Origin: a virus
Taxonomy: Duplodnaviria; Caudoviricetes
Strand: one strand, 5' to 3'
IMG/VR virus record: IMGVR_UViG_3300049180_000029
Location: 1-41,030 of that record
DNA: 41,030 bases
Made by a program: the position numbers and the translations under genes. Every line of letters starts with the position of its first letter. Position 1 is the stretch's first letter. Below are positions 40,747-41,030 of this stretch, one piece after another. The notes below the pieces were generated by a model, which worked only from the letters and a program-made list of their open reading frames with translations, did no database searches and was not told the DNA's origin.

Positions 40747-41030
40747 TGGATACCCTAACAGAAAACCCGCGCGCAGTCATCGGCGCGAACAACCCTCCGG
40801 AAGAACTGACCGCTTTCGAAGCCGTCAAGATCAACATCACCGATCTCTATGACGAGGCCCGCCTGTGGCTGGACGGAACGCCGGTCGAGACACAGGAGCA
40901 GGCCGACGCGCTGAACACGCTCAAGGCCCGCATCAAGGACGCAATCAAGGCGGCTGAAACGCAGCGCGTCATTGAAGGCGCCCCGCATAAGCAGGCGATC
41001 GACGAAATTCAGGCCCGCTATAACGAGCTG
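40743..41030 (+). CDS. 5' part of the junction-spanning coiled-coil protein (IGANNPPE motif)
   Basis: Open to the contig end and continues at nt 131 via the terminal overlap. Confidence 0.8.
   Translation, partial: MMDTLTENPRAVIGANNPPEELTAFEAVKINITDLYDEARLWLDGTPVETQEQADALNTLKARIKDAIKAAETQRVIEGAPHKQAIDEIQARYNEL

Noticed and set aside
1-41030. CRISPR array, reverse transcriptase/DGR/retron, rRNA, IS element
   Set aside because: No regularly spaced repeat-spacer array, RT motifs or transposase seen by eye

Overview
The window is an apparently complete, circularly assembled genome (~40.9 kb) of a temperate P22-like podovirus. The last 126 nt duplicate nt 5-130. The host is most likely a Rhizobiaceae/alphaproteobacterium (inferred from gene families and GC-rich codon usage). 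The layout is lambdoid: (i) an immunity switch (cro / short XRE repressor, shared TTCAGTCAA operators, ~36.3-37.9 kb); (ii) a + strand early operon wrapping the contig end (small genes, Rad52/Sak recombinase, NinB-like, ASCH, HNH, Lar-DfrB fusion, xis, tyrosine integrase) ending at an attP equal to the 3' half of tRNA-Thr(UGU); (iii) a - strand early/late arm (GIY-YIG, two methyltransferase-like genes, RusA, replication genes, DnaA-C and LuxR HTHs, Acb2/Tad1-like protein, spike base, TerS/TerL, portal, scaffold, P22-type coat, glycosyltransferase, tail/ejection proteins, tail fibre, lysis cassette). The most notable observations are: a type-II (R67/DfrB) dihydrofolate reductase domain with intact VQIY motif fused to a Lar-like zinc finger; a putative RcGTA-style head spike whose fibre carries a lectin-like domain and an FAD-oxidoreductase-like domain; an apparently split replication initiator with its own origin-like repeats inside the immunity region; and a glycosyltransferase within the head genes. 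All family calls come from motif recognition by eye; no database searches were run.
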